Assembly: GCA_951406725.2 (NCBI GenBank)
Contig: OX597838.1
Coordinates: 29,698,001 to 29,762,000 of the forward strand
Source of the DNA: Octopus vulgaris
Lineage: Eukaryota
Direction: 5' to 3'
DNA length: 64,000 nucleotides
Below, piece by piece: positions 47,439-59,745 of the stretch. The position numbers and the translations under genes are program-made. Under the pieces are notes generated by a model. It saw nothing but the letters and a program-made list of their open reading frames with translations. It made no database searches and was not told where the DNA came from. Position 1 is the first letter of the stretch; each line of letters opens with the position of its first letter.

Positions 47439-48248
47439 GTGATGGTGGGGTATTTTGTGTATGTATAAATAATTTCATCAATTGGATCTCAGCTACATAG
47501 AACTCTGCACTATACTCCTCTGTATTGGACTGCTATGTAGTCTGATAGCCAGGTCCAGTAGAGGAGCTTTCTGTGGCAGCCACAAGATTCCATATACTGC
47601 ATTACAAATTTATATTATGTGTGTGTGTGTGTGTGTCTCTCTCTGTATATGTATATATATATATATATATATATACATACATAAATGGCATAAACAGGGT
47701 AGTCAGGCATAGCTTTCTTCCCCAATGCATGTATATAATCATATATGTTTGTGTAATTGCTTCCACACATGCCCCCCCCCCCCCCACAGAGCAGAACCTG
47801 TATCAAATGTTAGGAGTTTCCCTATGTTTTGTCACTGAAACTGGGTGAGCCCTAACTATGAAGGGACTGTACTTACACTTGCTTTCAAATTGTTGGCACA
47901 AGGCTAGTAATTTCAGGGGAAGGGTCAAGTTGATTACAATGACCCCCAATGTTCAACCAGTACTTATTTTGTTGACCCCCGAAAAGATGGAAGGCAAAGT
48001 CGACGTCAGTGGAATTTGAACTCAGAACATAAAGAGGGATGAAATGCTGCTAAGAATTTTGTCTGGCAATTTAATGGTTCCCCTAGCTTGGTCCCTTAGG
48101 ACTGTACATGTACTGAAAAGGGACCAAGCCTTGTCCTGTACACACTCACACACACAGAGTCTGCTTTCTATGTCGGCATGGGTTGGATGTTGTGATAGGG
48201 TCCAATGGATCAGAGGACTATTCTCGATCAAGTCTCTTCGGTTTTCTG

Positions 48249-48675
48249 GAGTGGTTCTCTGGCTGGATGCCCTTCCTAACGCTAACCCCCCTAAAGTGTG
48301 TACTAGGTGCGTTTTACAGGGTACCAAAACTCTAGAGTGGTTCTCTGGCTGGATGCCCTTCCTAATTCTAATCCCTCTAAAGTGTGTACCAGATGCGTTT
48401 TACAGGGTACCAAAACTCTAGAGTGGTTCTCTGGCTGGATGCCCTTCCTAATTCTAATCCCTCTAAAGTGTGTACCAGATGCGTTTTACAGGGTACCAAA
48501 ACTCTGGAGTGGTTCTCTGGTTGGATGCCCTTCCTAATGCTAACCCCTCTAAAGTGTGTACCAGGTGCATTTTACAGGGTACCAAAACTCTGGGGTGGTT
48601 CTCTGGTTGGATGCCCTTCTTAATGCTAACCCCTCTAAAGTGTGTACCAGGTGCGTTTTACAGGGTACAAAAACT
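48249..48675. repeat. 86-bp tandem repeat, 5 copies, derived from family C
   Basis: Units start 48249, 48335, 48421, 48507, 48593; each holds GGATGCCCTTCYTAA. Confidence 0.92.
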
Positions 48676-51529
48676 TTATTACATAAAGAAAAAAAAAAGG
48701 GATATTGAAGGTGGAGGAAAAATAGACAAACAGGGAGAGGGGGAGGAAGGACGATAGAGAATGAGAGAAGAAAGTGAAGAAAGCAATAACACGAATTTTA
48801 AAATCAGTCCTTCATCATGTATAACAACATAGTTTCAAGGTTAGCTTCAATTAATTAACACACTTCATTAGTCATAACGAGTTAGGCAATATGTGGATTT
48901 ATTAGATGTTTCAAAATACAAAAAAGTAAAAAAAAAAAATAAATGTTAAAAAAAAAAAGAAAGAGCAACACAAAACAATTCCTTTATTCTTTTACCTGTT
49001 TAAAAGAAAAAAAAAAAAGTCACTGGACTGTGGCCAAACTGGAACACCACCTGCAAGGGGTCAGTTTATCGAACCGACCCCAATTTTCGTATTTTTAAGT
49101 CTGGTACTCACTCATTCTCCCATTCTCCTTTTTTTGCTGTACTCCTACACGACAGGGATGTAAACAAACCAACACCGCCTGACAAGGAGTGAGAGCCCAC
49201 GTACACACGCAGCATTTAACTGCAATGTCCCAACAAGTCCGAGGACTGTATCGAGCTCCTATATTAATTTTGGCATCGTTTTTTATGGCTGAATGCCCTT
49301 CTTAATGCCAACCACTTTACAGAGCAGACTGGGTACTTGTTTGTTTTTTTTTCACAGCACAAGCACTAGTAAGATGGCATACATATATATATATCATCTT
49401 CATCATTTAACATCCATCTTCCAAACTGGCATGGGTTAGATGGTTTGACAAGAAAGAGCAAGGTACCAGGTTCTATTGTCTGCTTTGGCATGGTTTCTAT
49501 GGCTGGATCCCCTTTCTGATGCTAAACCACCTTACAGAGTGTATTGGGTGCTTTTTATGTGGCACCAACACCAGAGGGGAGGTTGCCATGTAACTCGCGA
49601 GACAAAGACCACTCACCCCAGGAGTTGGGGGGGGGTGGAATCAAGGGAGGTGGGTTTGAGCCAGTTGAGAGATTAAAGTATAACAGAGGGATATAGATTG
49701 GCGTCTTACTATGGAGGAGGTACTTGGCTACCCCCAGTAGGGAGAGAAAGATAGAGAGAAAAAGAGATGGTCTAAGGGATGTATAGGGACACACCCATAT
49801 GGTACGGAGGGGTAAGTTTCATAAGTGTGTGAAGGGGAGGTGTTTAGAGATGCGGAAGAGGTGACTGTAACAAGCAATGGAGAGAAATTGGAGCAGCTAG
49901 AACAGGGGAGCACCACTACACCCACAGATATGGCATGTGGGTGAGTCAGGGTAGGTGCTTGGTACAGTACGAGGGTGGGGGGTTGGAGCATTCTAGAACA
50001 GCAAGCAAATGGATTCTGTCAGTTTTGTTCAGTCAACTGAATCATCTGCTCTTGAATTGGTATCTACGTGGCTGAATACCCCACAGTTATGTGTCATTCA
50101 AGTAGAATCAGTATGACATAGTGACAAGGCTAGACAGGAACAATCCATCCAACAGGCTTCATTACAGTTTCCATCTACCCAGTTTTATTCACAAGGTATC
50201 AGTTAATTCAAGGCAAAGGTTAAGACTGCCCCACAACGCTACACTTTAGGGATTGAACCCAGATCCTAGTGGTTATATCCTTTGCTCTTCTACAGTGACC
50301 AGAAGGTGTCCCCTTCTCCCATCAAATATTTCACATAAAAACACACATTCTAAAACTACACACACACACACACAGTCTTCAAGCAGAAAACTGAAGATCC
50401 AACACAAGGCCACACACTTATATTGGAGGGAAACAAGAATATGTGATGTTCATGCCTTTCTCAACAGCATTATTACTGTAAGGAATGTGAGGTAAACAGC
50501 CCCTCTGGCCAGAAATTAATACCAATTAAAAGTGGACTTGGCGTGGTACAGAGGAAGTGTTTGCCTCTTAAGATCCATTATCATAAACGTCCTTTGCCCT
50601 CACATGTTAATAGACATATTTTTCATTTAACTGAAGAATTATTTATAGAGCTTGGTTGAGATTGTTTGGCATGCATGCCTTTCTCACCAGCATTAATACT
50701 GTAAGGAATGTCAAATATGCTTATAACTGGAAAGTCAAAATTAAACCTGCTATGTGGGGACAAGACGCACCAAGCGAACTTGGTTTTTGCTCATTAATCT
50801 CAAACCACCAGCTCTCCCACCGCCTTCTGTGCACCACCAAAAAAATGTAAAGAGTGTTTCAAAACTTCCTCCTTAGCTACAAAGTCATAGCCCCACCACA
50901 GAATGAGATTGTGTGGCAGCAATCCTTTCCCAACATTCCAAGACTTAGGAATCAAAGAAGCAAGAGTTGGTCCACTTCAAACGCTTTGCAGTAAAGTGGG
51001 ATCTGCTAAATGCCACGGCCAAAGTTGGCAATTTATGATTTGGGGGAAAGTAAGGAAAAAGTGGCAGGCTTTTGGAGTTAAGTTTCTATGACATTCTTGC
51101 CTCCAATGAGGACATCAGGGATACAAGTGAATCAAACCAGCGTCGGATGAACTCAACTGGTTTCCAACCAAGAATTGAAACTTTGCTCACAGACTCAATC
51201 AATCTGCCTGGAACTCGGCTTTCGTTACCAATATTTTTGTTTGTTTGTTTTTTAAAATAATTTTCATTGCTAAATTACACGAGTCGTTATAAAATCATTC
51301 TCTTCATCAGATGGAAGTTCACAAATATATAATAGAGAAAAATAAGAGTTGGACGGGATTGCATGGAAAAAGCCAATTATCGTTAGCGCCACAACTGAAC
51401 TAAAATCTCAATAAATTAGGTTCCAGACCAGGAATGGAAACCAGCATGGCAGAATTTGAATGGCTGGAAACTTATTAATCTCTCTCTGGATTCTACATCA
51501 GTTAACTGCCCTATTTTCCAAAATTCATT

Positions 51530-52620
51530 CAATAATAATAATAATAAAAATAATAATAATCCTTTCTACTATAGGCACAAGGCCTGCAATTTAGTGAGAG
51601 GGGACCAGTTGATTACATTGACCCCCCAATGTTTCACTGGTACCCTAATTTATCAACCCCCGAAAGGATAAAAGGTAAAGTTGACCTCAGCGGAATTTGA
51701 ACTCAGGACTCAAAATGCCACTAAGCATTTCGCCCGGTGTGCTAACGATTCTGCTGGTTCACAACCTTAATTCTTTCTACTATAGGCACAAGGCCTGAAA
51801 TTTGCAGGGAGGGACAAAGTCAATTACATTGACCCCAAAAGGTCAGAGTTGACCTCGGCGGAATTTGAACTCAGAACCTAAGGATGGATGAAATGCCACT
51901 AAGAAGCATTTTGTCCGGCATGCTAACAATAATAATAATAATAACAATCCTTTCTACTGTAGGCACAAGGCCTCAAATTTGGGGGGGAAGGGATTAAGTT
52001 GATTACATCGGCCCCAGTGCTTAACTGGTACTTATTTAATCGACCCCAAAAGGATAAAAGGTAAAGTTGACCTTGGTGGAATTTGAACTCAGAACGTACC
52101 GGCAGATGAAATATCGCTAAGCATTTCAGCCGCTGTGCTAAGAATTCTGCCAGCTCGCTACCTTAATAATAATAATAATTTAGTGGAAGGGAATTAGTCA
52201 ATGCAGTCAACCCCAGTATTTGACTGGTATCTTATTTTATTGAGCCTGAAAGGCAAAGTCAACCAGGGGAGGGGTGGGGACAAGTTGATTACATTAACCA
52301 TAGTACAAGGATTCTGCCAGCTCACTGCCTTTTTAAATAATAATAATAATAATAATGGTTTCAGATTTTGGCCCAGGGCCAGCAAGTTCTGGGGAGAGGG
52401 TAGGTTGATTACATCAACCCCAGTGTATAACTGGTACCCTTTTTTTTTTTCTTTTAAATCAACCCGCCCCCAGCCCCAAAGGATGAAAAGTAAAGTCAAC
52501 CTCAGTGGCATTTGAACTCAGAATGTAAAGAACTAGAAGACATGCCGCTAAGCATTTTGTCCAATGCCCTCAAGACTCTGCCGGCTCACCACTTAATAAT
52601 AATAATAATAATAATAATAG
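51530..52620 (-). mobile_element. Cluster of about 5 family A variant SINEs separated by (AAT)n
   Basis: Repeated GCACAAGGCC...GATTACAT.GACCCC...GAATTTGAACTCAG blocks, same orientation. Confidence 0.82.
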
Positions 52621-53544
52621 GTTTTTCAAACATAAACACAAGGCTTGAAAGTTGTGAGATGGTATTTGTCAGTACCACCAACCATCAACACCCTTGAAAA
52701 GAAAAAAAAAATTTTTTTTTTAAAGGTTACTCAACCATTTCCAAAATTCAACTTTTTAAGAATTTACCATTTTAGAGTTTCGTTTCATACCACCACCCTC
52801 CACACACAACCACCTTCTCATCAGATTTCACTAATCTCACTGCTTGTTTTTTTTTTAAAGTTTTTTTTTATTTGTTGTTTTTTTTTTGAAATTGTTGTTT
52901 TTTTAATTTTTTTTTTTATTTACTCCTTGATAAACACTCGTGTTAAAAAAAATAAAATGAAATTTAAATATTATTGTTCAAGTCACACAGATAAATAAAT
53001 AAATATCAGTCATAAAAAATATTCCAGGTTCATTAAAAAAACAAGGGAACAATTTAAAGAAAAAAAATTCCAACATTCTATTGTAGTTACAAATGTTTTT
53101 TTTGTTTAAAAAAAAAAGAAAAATCAATACAAATGAAAAAAAAATAATTCCACACCATTGACCCCCACTTCTTCCAAACAACCCCACCACACACACACAA
53201 ACACAGGTCCACTATGAGCCTACAAGTTTATTTAGTAGGGGGGGGGGGGAAACTTTGTGCCAGTTTCCACAATATTTAAGCAACCAAGAGCTGTACCACA
53301 GGTCCTAGCACCTGTTCAATGGGACAGGATGCTAGTCTTTCAAAGGGTTAACTCCCAGCTGCTGTTGCAGCTCCTGCTACACGCTTTTTTGCCGCTGAGT
53401 GGACTGAAGTGATATGAAGTGAAGTGCCTTGTTCAAGGATACAATGCATTGATCAGTCTGAGAATCGATGCCAAGAACTTCCAGCCACAGCTACAATAGC
53501 CTTACTCTTAGGCAACGTGCCTTCTCACACACACACAGACATAC

Positions 53545-53723
53545 GATATATATACATATATGCATACATACATATATATACACACATATATATATATATA
53601 CACATATATATACACATATATATACACATATATATACACACACATATATACACATATATATACACACACATATATACACATATATATACACACACATATA
53701 TACATACATATATACATACATAC

Positions 53724-53796
<73 letters not shown>

Positions 53797-53911
53797 CATA
53801 TATATATATACATATATATACATACATATATACATACATATATACATACATATATACATACATACATACATATATATACATACATACATACACATACATA
53901 CATACACATAC

Positions 53912-53966
<55 letters not shown>

Positions 53967-54290
53967 CATATATATACATATATATATATACATACATATA
54001 TATACACATACATATATATACACATACATACATATATACACATACATACATATATACACATACATACATATATACACATACATACATATATATACATACA
54101 TACATATATATACATACATACATATACATACATACATATATATACATACATACATATACATACATATACATACATACATATATATACATACATACATACA
54201 TACATATACATACATACATATATATACATACATACATATATATATATATTTAATGGTATATAGTATGCATACATATATATACACATACAC
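53545..54290. repeat. ~750-bp compound (TA/CA/TACA)n microsatellite
   Basis: Direct reading. Confidence 0.97.
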
Positions 54291-55404
54291 AAACAAAAAC
54301 ATTACAACTTCTATTTGACAAAATTTCACATTTATCTGGAATTCCTATTTTGTATGGTAAAAAACAAAATGAAATAAAATTGAATAAAAATTAAACCAAT
54401 CCAAAAGTCCATGTGTTTAATTACTGGCCTTCCAAATTAGAATATAGCCGAGGGAGGTGGACCACAGCGAATATCATTGGTGCAAGGTAGACGATGCTCT
54501 TTGCTCCTTTTCACCCCTATGACCACCAAAAACACAACTCGAAACCCCAAATATCATATTTCCGAATTGTTGGGTTTTTTTTGGCAAGTGATCTGATCTG
54601 GAACCACTGAGTGGCAAAACAATATATTATAAAATACGCTATATTATAAAAGAGCTGTTTTTAACCATTTACAAACACACAGGATTTGTTGCAACCATTT
54701 TAGGTTTATTTCTTGGTCTACCATTAAGTAACATGAGCTCAAGTCCTTTGTTTTTATATTTCCATATTCCGATTGAAATACACTGGTTTTGTTTCAATTG
54801 ATTTTGAAAATTACGATGAATTTAGTAAACCTTGTTGTTATTGAGCTGGTGTTCGGAACACAAATTAACATGAAATTTTGACAAAGATTTTAATTTAGCT
54901 CACTTTACAGCAGGGCCTTTGTATTCAAAGAACCAAAGGTAGTGGTCTCCTATGGGTTTACATAAAAAGGGTTAACCTTTTTGGTATCTTAGTTCTGTAG
55001 AAAAACATTGTTTAACCCTTTGGCATTTAAACCGGTCACATTCGGCTGAAAATTTTACCTATTTAACGTTAAAACTAGCTAGATCCAGCCTTTTACATCT
55101 ATTGTATGAAGTCATTCAAAAAAATATTATCACATCATTGAAGTCTCAAAGCAGAGAGATCTGAACAATAAAGGGTTAAATTTTTTTGGAAAATAATCAA
55201 GAATTTGGTAAAAATAACTAACATAAATTAACGTAGGGTTCCAATGGAAGGTTTTAATTTAGATCACTTTAAATCAGGGATTTTTGTATCATAGAATCAG
55301 AGCAAGTCTAAGGTATGCTGGTTCCAAAAATGTTGAGATATTGAGCTCAAGGTCATAAGGTTGTATGTTCAATTCTTGGAGCAGGTGCTACATTGTGTCC
55401 CAGA

Positions 55405-56090
55405 AAAGACCCCCTTTGGTTATGAATGGCCATGGGATTGCACCTTGAAAGTTGCCCTCCGAGGCACAAGTCCGGGCAAGGTTGTTTTATGGAAGACCAG
55501 CAGTCGCCCATGCATACCAGCCTCCCCTCTCCATGCCACCAATGTTATCCAAGGGAAAGGCAAAGGGGCCGATAGAGCTTGGCACCAGTGATGTTGCAAC
55601 TCATTTCTACAGGTGAGTGAACTGGAGCAATGTGAAATAAAGTGTCTTGCTCAAGAACACAACACACAGCCCGGTCCAGGAATTGAACTTACTACCTGAT
55701 GTTTGTGAGCCTGATGCTTGAACCACTCAGACATGCACCTTGAATATGTAAAAAGGGTAAAGGGTAAAGACCCCCTTCCATCATGAATGACCATGAGATT
55801 GCACCTAGAAAGTTACCCTCCAAGGCACAAGTCCAGGCAAGGTTGCTTATGGAAGACTAGCAGTCACCCATGCATACCAGCCTCTCCTCTCCACACTACT
55901 GATGTTATCCAAGGGAAAGGCGAAGGCTGATACAGTTTGGCACCAGTGATGACACAACTCATTTCTACAGCTGAGCCATGTGAAATAAAGTGTCTTGCTC
56001 AAGAAATCAGCACAGCCCAGTCCAGGAATCGAACTCACAACTTCACAATTGTAAGCCTTGATACCCTAACCACTGAGCCATGTACCTTCA
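55405..56090 (-). mobile_element. Two tandem family D-related SINE copies
   Basis: AAAGACCCC...GATTGCACCT...AAGTGTCTTGCTCAAGAA repeated at ~55406 and ~55766. Confidence 0.8.
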
Positions 56091-57257
56091 TGTCCCAGAG
56101 CAATGTACATCATTTCACACTCCTCCAGTCTACTTATGGGAAAATAAGCAGCAACCAGCTGCTAAAGCCCTCTCTCTTTCTCCAGCTGTCACACACCATT
56201 GATGTGGTGCTGGGTTAAGCAATGTGCGGGAGGGCCAAGAGGGTGCCTACGTCTACCTGTGACTATACAAGCACTTAAAACAATTAGTGAAAGCATGGTA
56301 TGTACTACCAAGTCTTACTCGCTTGTGAGTGACGGCCGTGTTCCGTTAGTGACCATTATGAAATGTGAAAATGAAAAGCAGTTTCGTTGCACTTTGGTGA
56401 CATCGTCACCGAGACAATCCCATTACAAGATCAATCGAAAATCAATCTCTTATTCTCTCCGTCAGGTGGCGCTTCGATAGACGCAGTGGAACTACAGCAG
56501 CGAACAAATCAAAGAGGTGCAACAAAACTTCCCCACCCTTCATAATAGACAGCACGCTTGAGAGACAGATGAAAATAGAATGTCAACAGATCCCGCGCCT
56601 TTTGAAATGGTTAAAACGACTCAATGATACAGTTTGCTATACATGCATGTATAACCATATATATACACACGCATACATTACATTACAAGATGTTTCAATC
56701 ACTGGCCTATGGCCATGCTGGAACCACCTCCATCAAGGGGGGTTAGGGTCAGTGCTTATCAACCCCTTAGTATTTTGTCTGGTATTTATTTTATCACCTC
56801 AGAACTGAGGAAAACATGCAAAGATGTCCTGGGCAGGATTTGAACTAAGGCACACACACACACACACATACATACATGCATACATGCATACATGCACGCA
56901 CACACAACACATACATATTTACGCATCTATGTATGTGTATAAATCTATCTCTACACGCATATTCATTTACACACACAATTATATATATATATATATATAG
57001 ATATATATATACACATACATACACACACACATACTGTTTAAATGCTACAGACCCACCCACAAACTTTGTTTTGGTGTGGCTTTATTTTAAGTTTTAGTTT
57101 TCAAATTTTAATTTTAAAATTTATTAGTATTATTATAATTAATATTATTTTTGTTTTTGCTATTTCCTTGTTATGCTACGTGTCACCGCAGACATTTAGA
57201 ATGGAAATTTAAAAAAAAAAAACTTTAAAAAAAAAACAAATTGTTTTTTTAAAAAAA

Positions 57258-59180
57258 TCACACGTAAGTATAGGATTTGATGATTTCTGTTCTTCTTTGA
57301 GTGTCGACATCGGTGGAAACAGATATTGTCGAGACTGTATGGGAGCCCATTTCTCCGGTACCGCAAAGTTCCTTGATGGATTGCACGTGGTATTTCACTT
57401 GCTCGACTCCTAACACAACCCCAGCCCGCACACGATTGGCAGCGTAGCTGCTGGACTCTCTTAAAGATTGTACATAATGGCTACCAGTGTCCTTAATTGA
57501 ATGCATGTACTGGCTGCTTGTATCACGAATGGTTTGAACGTGGCACCGCATCTTCAACATTCTTCTTTCAACTCCGTACATCAAGCGAGCTCTCACTTCG
57601 TCGAGGGTCTCCCGAATGTTGGTGTCCGGCGACACCTTCTCGTAGTAGTCGTCGAAATCGGCCACCGGCGTGGTACACTTGAGAGGGGAGGCCCCTGGAG
57701 AATGGTCTAGGTATGGTATGGAACCAAATGAAGAAAAATCCGAGTTGGTGCAGGTACTGATCTTTTCGATTTCCGTAGAAGAGTTGATTTCGACTGGTTG
57801 GATTTCTGGATCTTGGTCCGAGACTTTGAAATTCTTTTTGCGTTTGTTAATTACGTGTACGAGGATACGGATGGACCCAAACAAGATCCCCAGCAAAAGG
57901 AAAGAAAGGGATGCACCAAGACTGACAACAAGACTCATAGTGTAGACTGACGGAATTAGAGAGTAAACCTTTAAAACTAGTGTTGCTGAATTGTTCCCTA
58001 GGGGGTTAATTGCTAAACAACGGAACCGACCACCAAAATAGCCACGTAAATTCTGGATGAATAGCGACCCGTTATTCGATATGTAAATATCGGAACTGTA
58101 TTTAGAATCTAAATAAGTGTACTTCATGAGAAACGGCTGTGATATCGAAGTCAATAGATGCAGATGCATATCGTGTGCAAATAGGTCACCCCAGGGGGTT
58201 ACCCAGACGATGCTGGGTCTGGGAGAACCTGTAGCATTGCAATCTAAGCGGATATTTTGATGACTAACTATAGACATGTTGGCACTTACAAAGTCCAGAT
58301 GCGGTCCTTCACATAATACGTCAGTGTAATTCAAAAACAACACCTGGTCCCCTGCGAGTGAAGGCGGAGAATGACATGTAAGGTTCTGAAAATTATAGAA
58401 AAGTTCAGGATTGTTGTTATAAGCAACCAAAAACTCTTGCACAACACAAGAACAATCGATCGGGTTCCCTTCCAGCGATACCTGATGCAGATTGCTAAAC
58501 GACAATAGCAAATCTTCATGGAATGTCTGAAGCAAGTTGTGGCGCAGGTCGACCGTTTTTAGAATACTGTTGTTCATGAGTGTCAAAGGCGGTATGTAGG
58601 TTAAGTAGTTGTAGGACAAATCCAACATTTCTAAATTTTCTAAAGGTTTGAAGATGGAATTTGGTAATACTGGAAGAAAATTATTGTGTAAGTCAAGATA
58701 TTCCAAATGAACCAAATGAGAAAATACACCTGTCAGCAGTGCTGCTAGCTTATTGTTGCTTAAGTCTAAGGAGACGAGGTTGGTTAAAGTTAAAAAGGCA
58801 TCCTGAGATATGTTTGTGATGTTGTTCCTGCTGAGGTTTAGGTATGCTAAACTGGTGAGGCCGTCAAAAGACTCTGAAGAGATGCCAGTCAATTCGTTGG
58901 AACTCAAATCGAGATTGAAGACGTTGGCCGGTAAGAGAGACTGAGCTGAGAATTCTTTCAGATGTCCATTTATGGTGATGTTGCGGACGTACGGCGGCAC
59001 ATTTTCTTCGAGTTTGTCGATACCGAAGCAAGTCAAGGAAAGGCTGTCGTTGCAGTTGCAGCCGACTTGGCAGCATGTGACCTCCACCACAGATGTAAAA
59101 GCCAACAGGAGAATAATAATAATAATCAACTGGGAAACCGGAGAGACAGCGTGAAGAATCATTTTTTCAGCAATCTGCAT
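57258..59180 (-). CDS. Type I membrane LRR-Ig protein (signal peptide, LRRNT, about 6-7 LRRs, LRRCT, one Ig domain, TM, long cytoplasmic tail ending TYV); LINGO/LRRN/Kekkon/IGLR-like, single coding exon, 640 aa
   Basis: ORF 57258-59228; first 16 codons are a pyrimidine tract + TTTCAG TCAG acceptor, so start placed at ATG 59180; LxxLDLSxNxL repeats, NPIDCSC, LDCNATGSPRPSIVW, GRFRCLAINPLG, hydrophobic SLVVSLGASLSFLLLGILFGSI followed by KRKK. Confidence 0.92.
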   Translation of the reverse strand: MQIAEKMILHAVSPVSQLIIIIILLLAFTSVVEVTCCQVGCNCNDSLSLTCFGIDKLEENVPPYVRNITINGHLKEFSAQSLLPANVFNLDLSSNELTGISSESFDGLTSLAYLNLSRNNITNISQDAFLTLTNLVSLDLSNNKLAALLTGVFSHLVHLEYLDLHNNFLPVLPNSIFKPLENLEMLDLSYNYLTYIPPLTLMNNSILKTVDLRHNLLQTFHEDLLLSFSNLHQVSLEGNPIDCSCVVQEFLVAYNNNPELFYNFQNLTCHSPPSLAGDQVLFLNYTDVLCEGPHLDFVSANMSIVSHQNIRLDCNATGSPRPSIVWVTPWGDLFAHDMHLHLLTSISQPFLMKYTYLDSKYSSDIYISNNGSLFIQNLRGYFGGRFRCLAINPLGNNSATLVLKVYSLIPSVYTMSLVVSLGASLSFLLLGILFGSIRILVHVINKRKKNFKVSDQDPEIQPVEINSSTEIEKISTCTNSDFSSFGSIPYLDHSPGASPLKCTTPVADFDDYYEKVSPDTNIRETLDEVRARLMYGVERRMLKMRCHVQTIRDTSSQYMHSIKDTGSHYVQSLRESSSYAANRVRAGVVLGVEQVKYHVQSIKELCGTGEMGSHTVSTISVSTDVDTQRRTEIIKSYTYV

Positions 59181-59205
59181 CTGACTGAAACAGGAAAAAA
59201 AATAC
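59181..59205 (-). promoter_or_regulatory. Splice acceptor directly before the LRR-Ig start codon (upstream exon not located)
   Basis: Minus strand reads T-tract-CCTGTTTCAG-TCAG-ATG. Confidence 0.7.
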
Positions 59206-59537
59206 ATCGTTAGACAACGAGATTGCAATTAGCAAACACTGACAATTCATTAGATAATTAAAATCAATCGATACTCTTCACACTGAAGCTGTCATACAGA
59301 TTTTTGTTTCCTTTTCTTTCTTTCAAATGTCATTTCCAATCAAGGCTCAGGTATTCAAGGTGAAGGAGAAACTTTTTTTTTTAAGAGGGGCACTAGAACT
59401 CCTGACCCATTACAGGGTCTCGGAGACAGGTGGAGAGTGAGGGAGGGGTTCCTAGAAACGGAAACCAGCTTTGAATGCTTGCAACAGAGCGGGAGTCAGT
59501 GGAAGGTATACAAGGTGCCAAGAGGTGGTGTGAAACA

Positions 59538-59745
59538 GGGTGATGGATTAATATCTGGGTGATGGGTCAAGAACTGGGTGACGAGTCGAGAACTGGGCGA
59601 CGGGTCGAGAACTGGGCGGCGGGTCGAGAACTGAGCGACGGGTCGAGAACTGGGCGACGGGTCGAGAACTGGGTGACGGGTCAACATCGGGGTGATGGAT
59701 TAAGAACTGAGTGATGGATTAACATCTGGGTAATGGATTAACATC
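59538..59745. repeat. 19-bp minisatellite, about 11 copies
   Basis: GGGCGACGGGTCGAGAACT centrally, GGGTGATGGATTAAYATCT at the edges. Confidence 0.88.

Noticed and set aside
53424-54329. Six ORFs of 248-279 aa
   Set aside because: Stop-free microsatellite translations
59181-59228. ORF-track N-terminal extension of the LRR-Ig protein
   Set aside because: Starts at TTG and overlaps a polypyrimidine tract and AG acceptor; treated as intron
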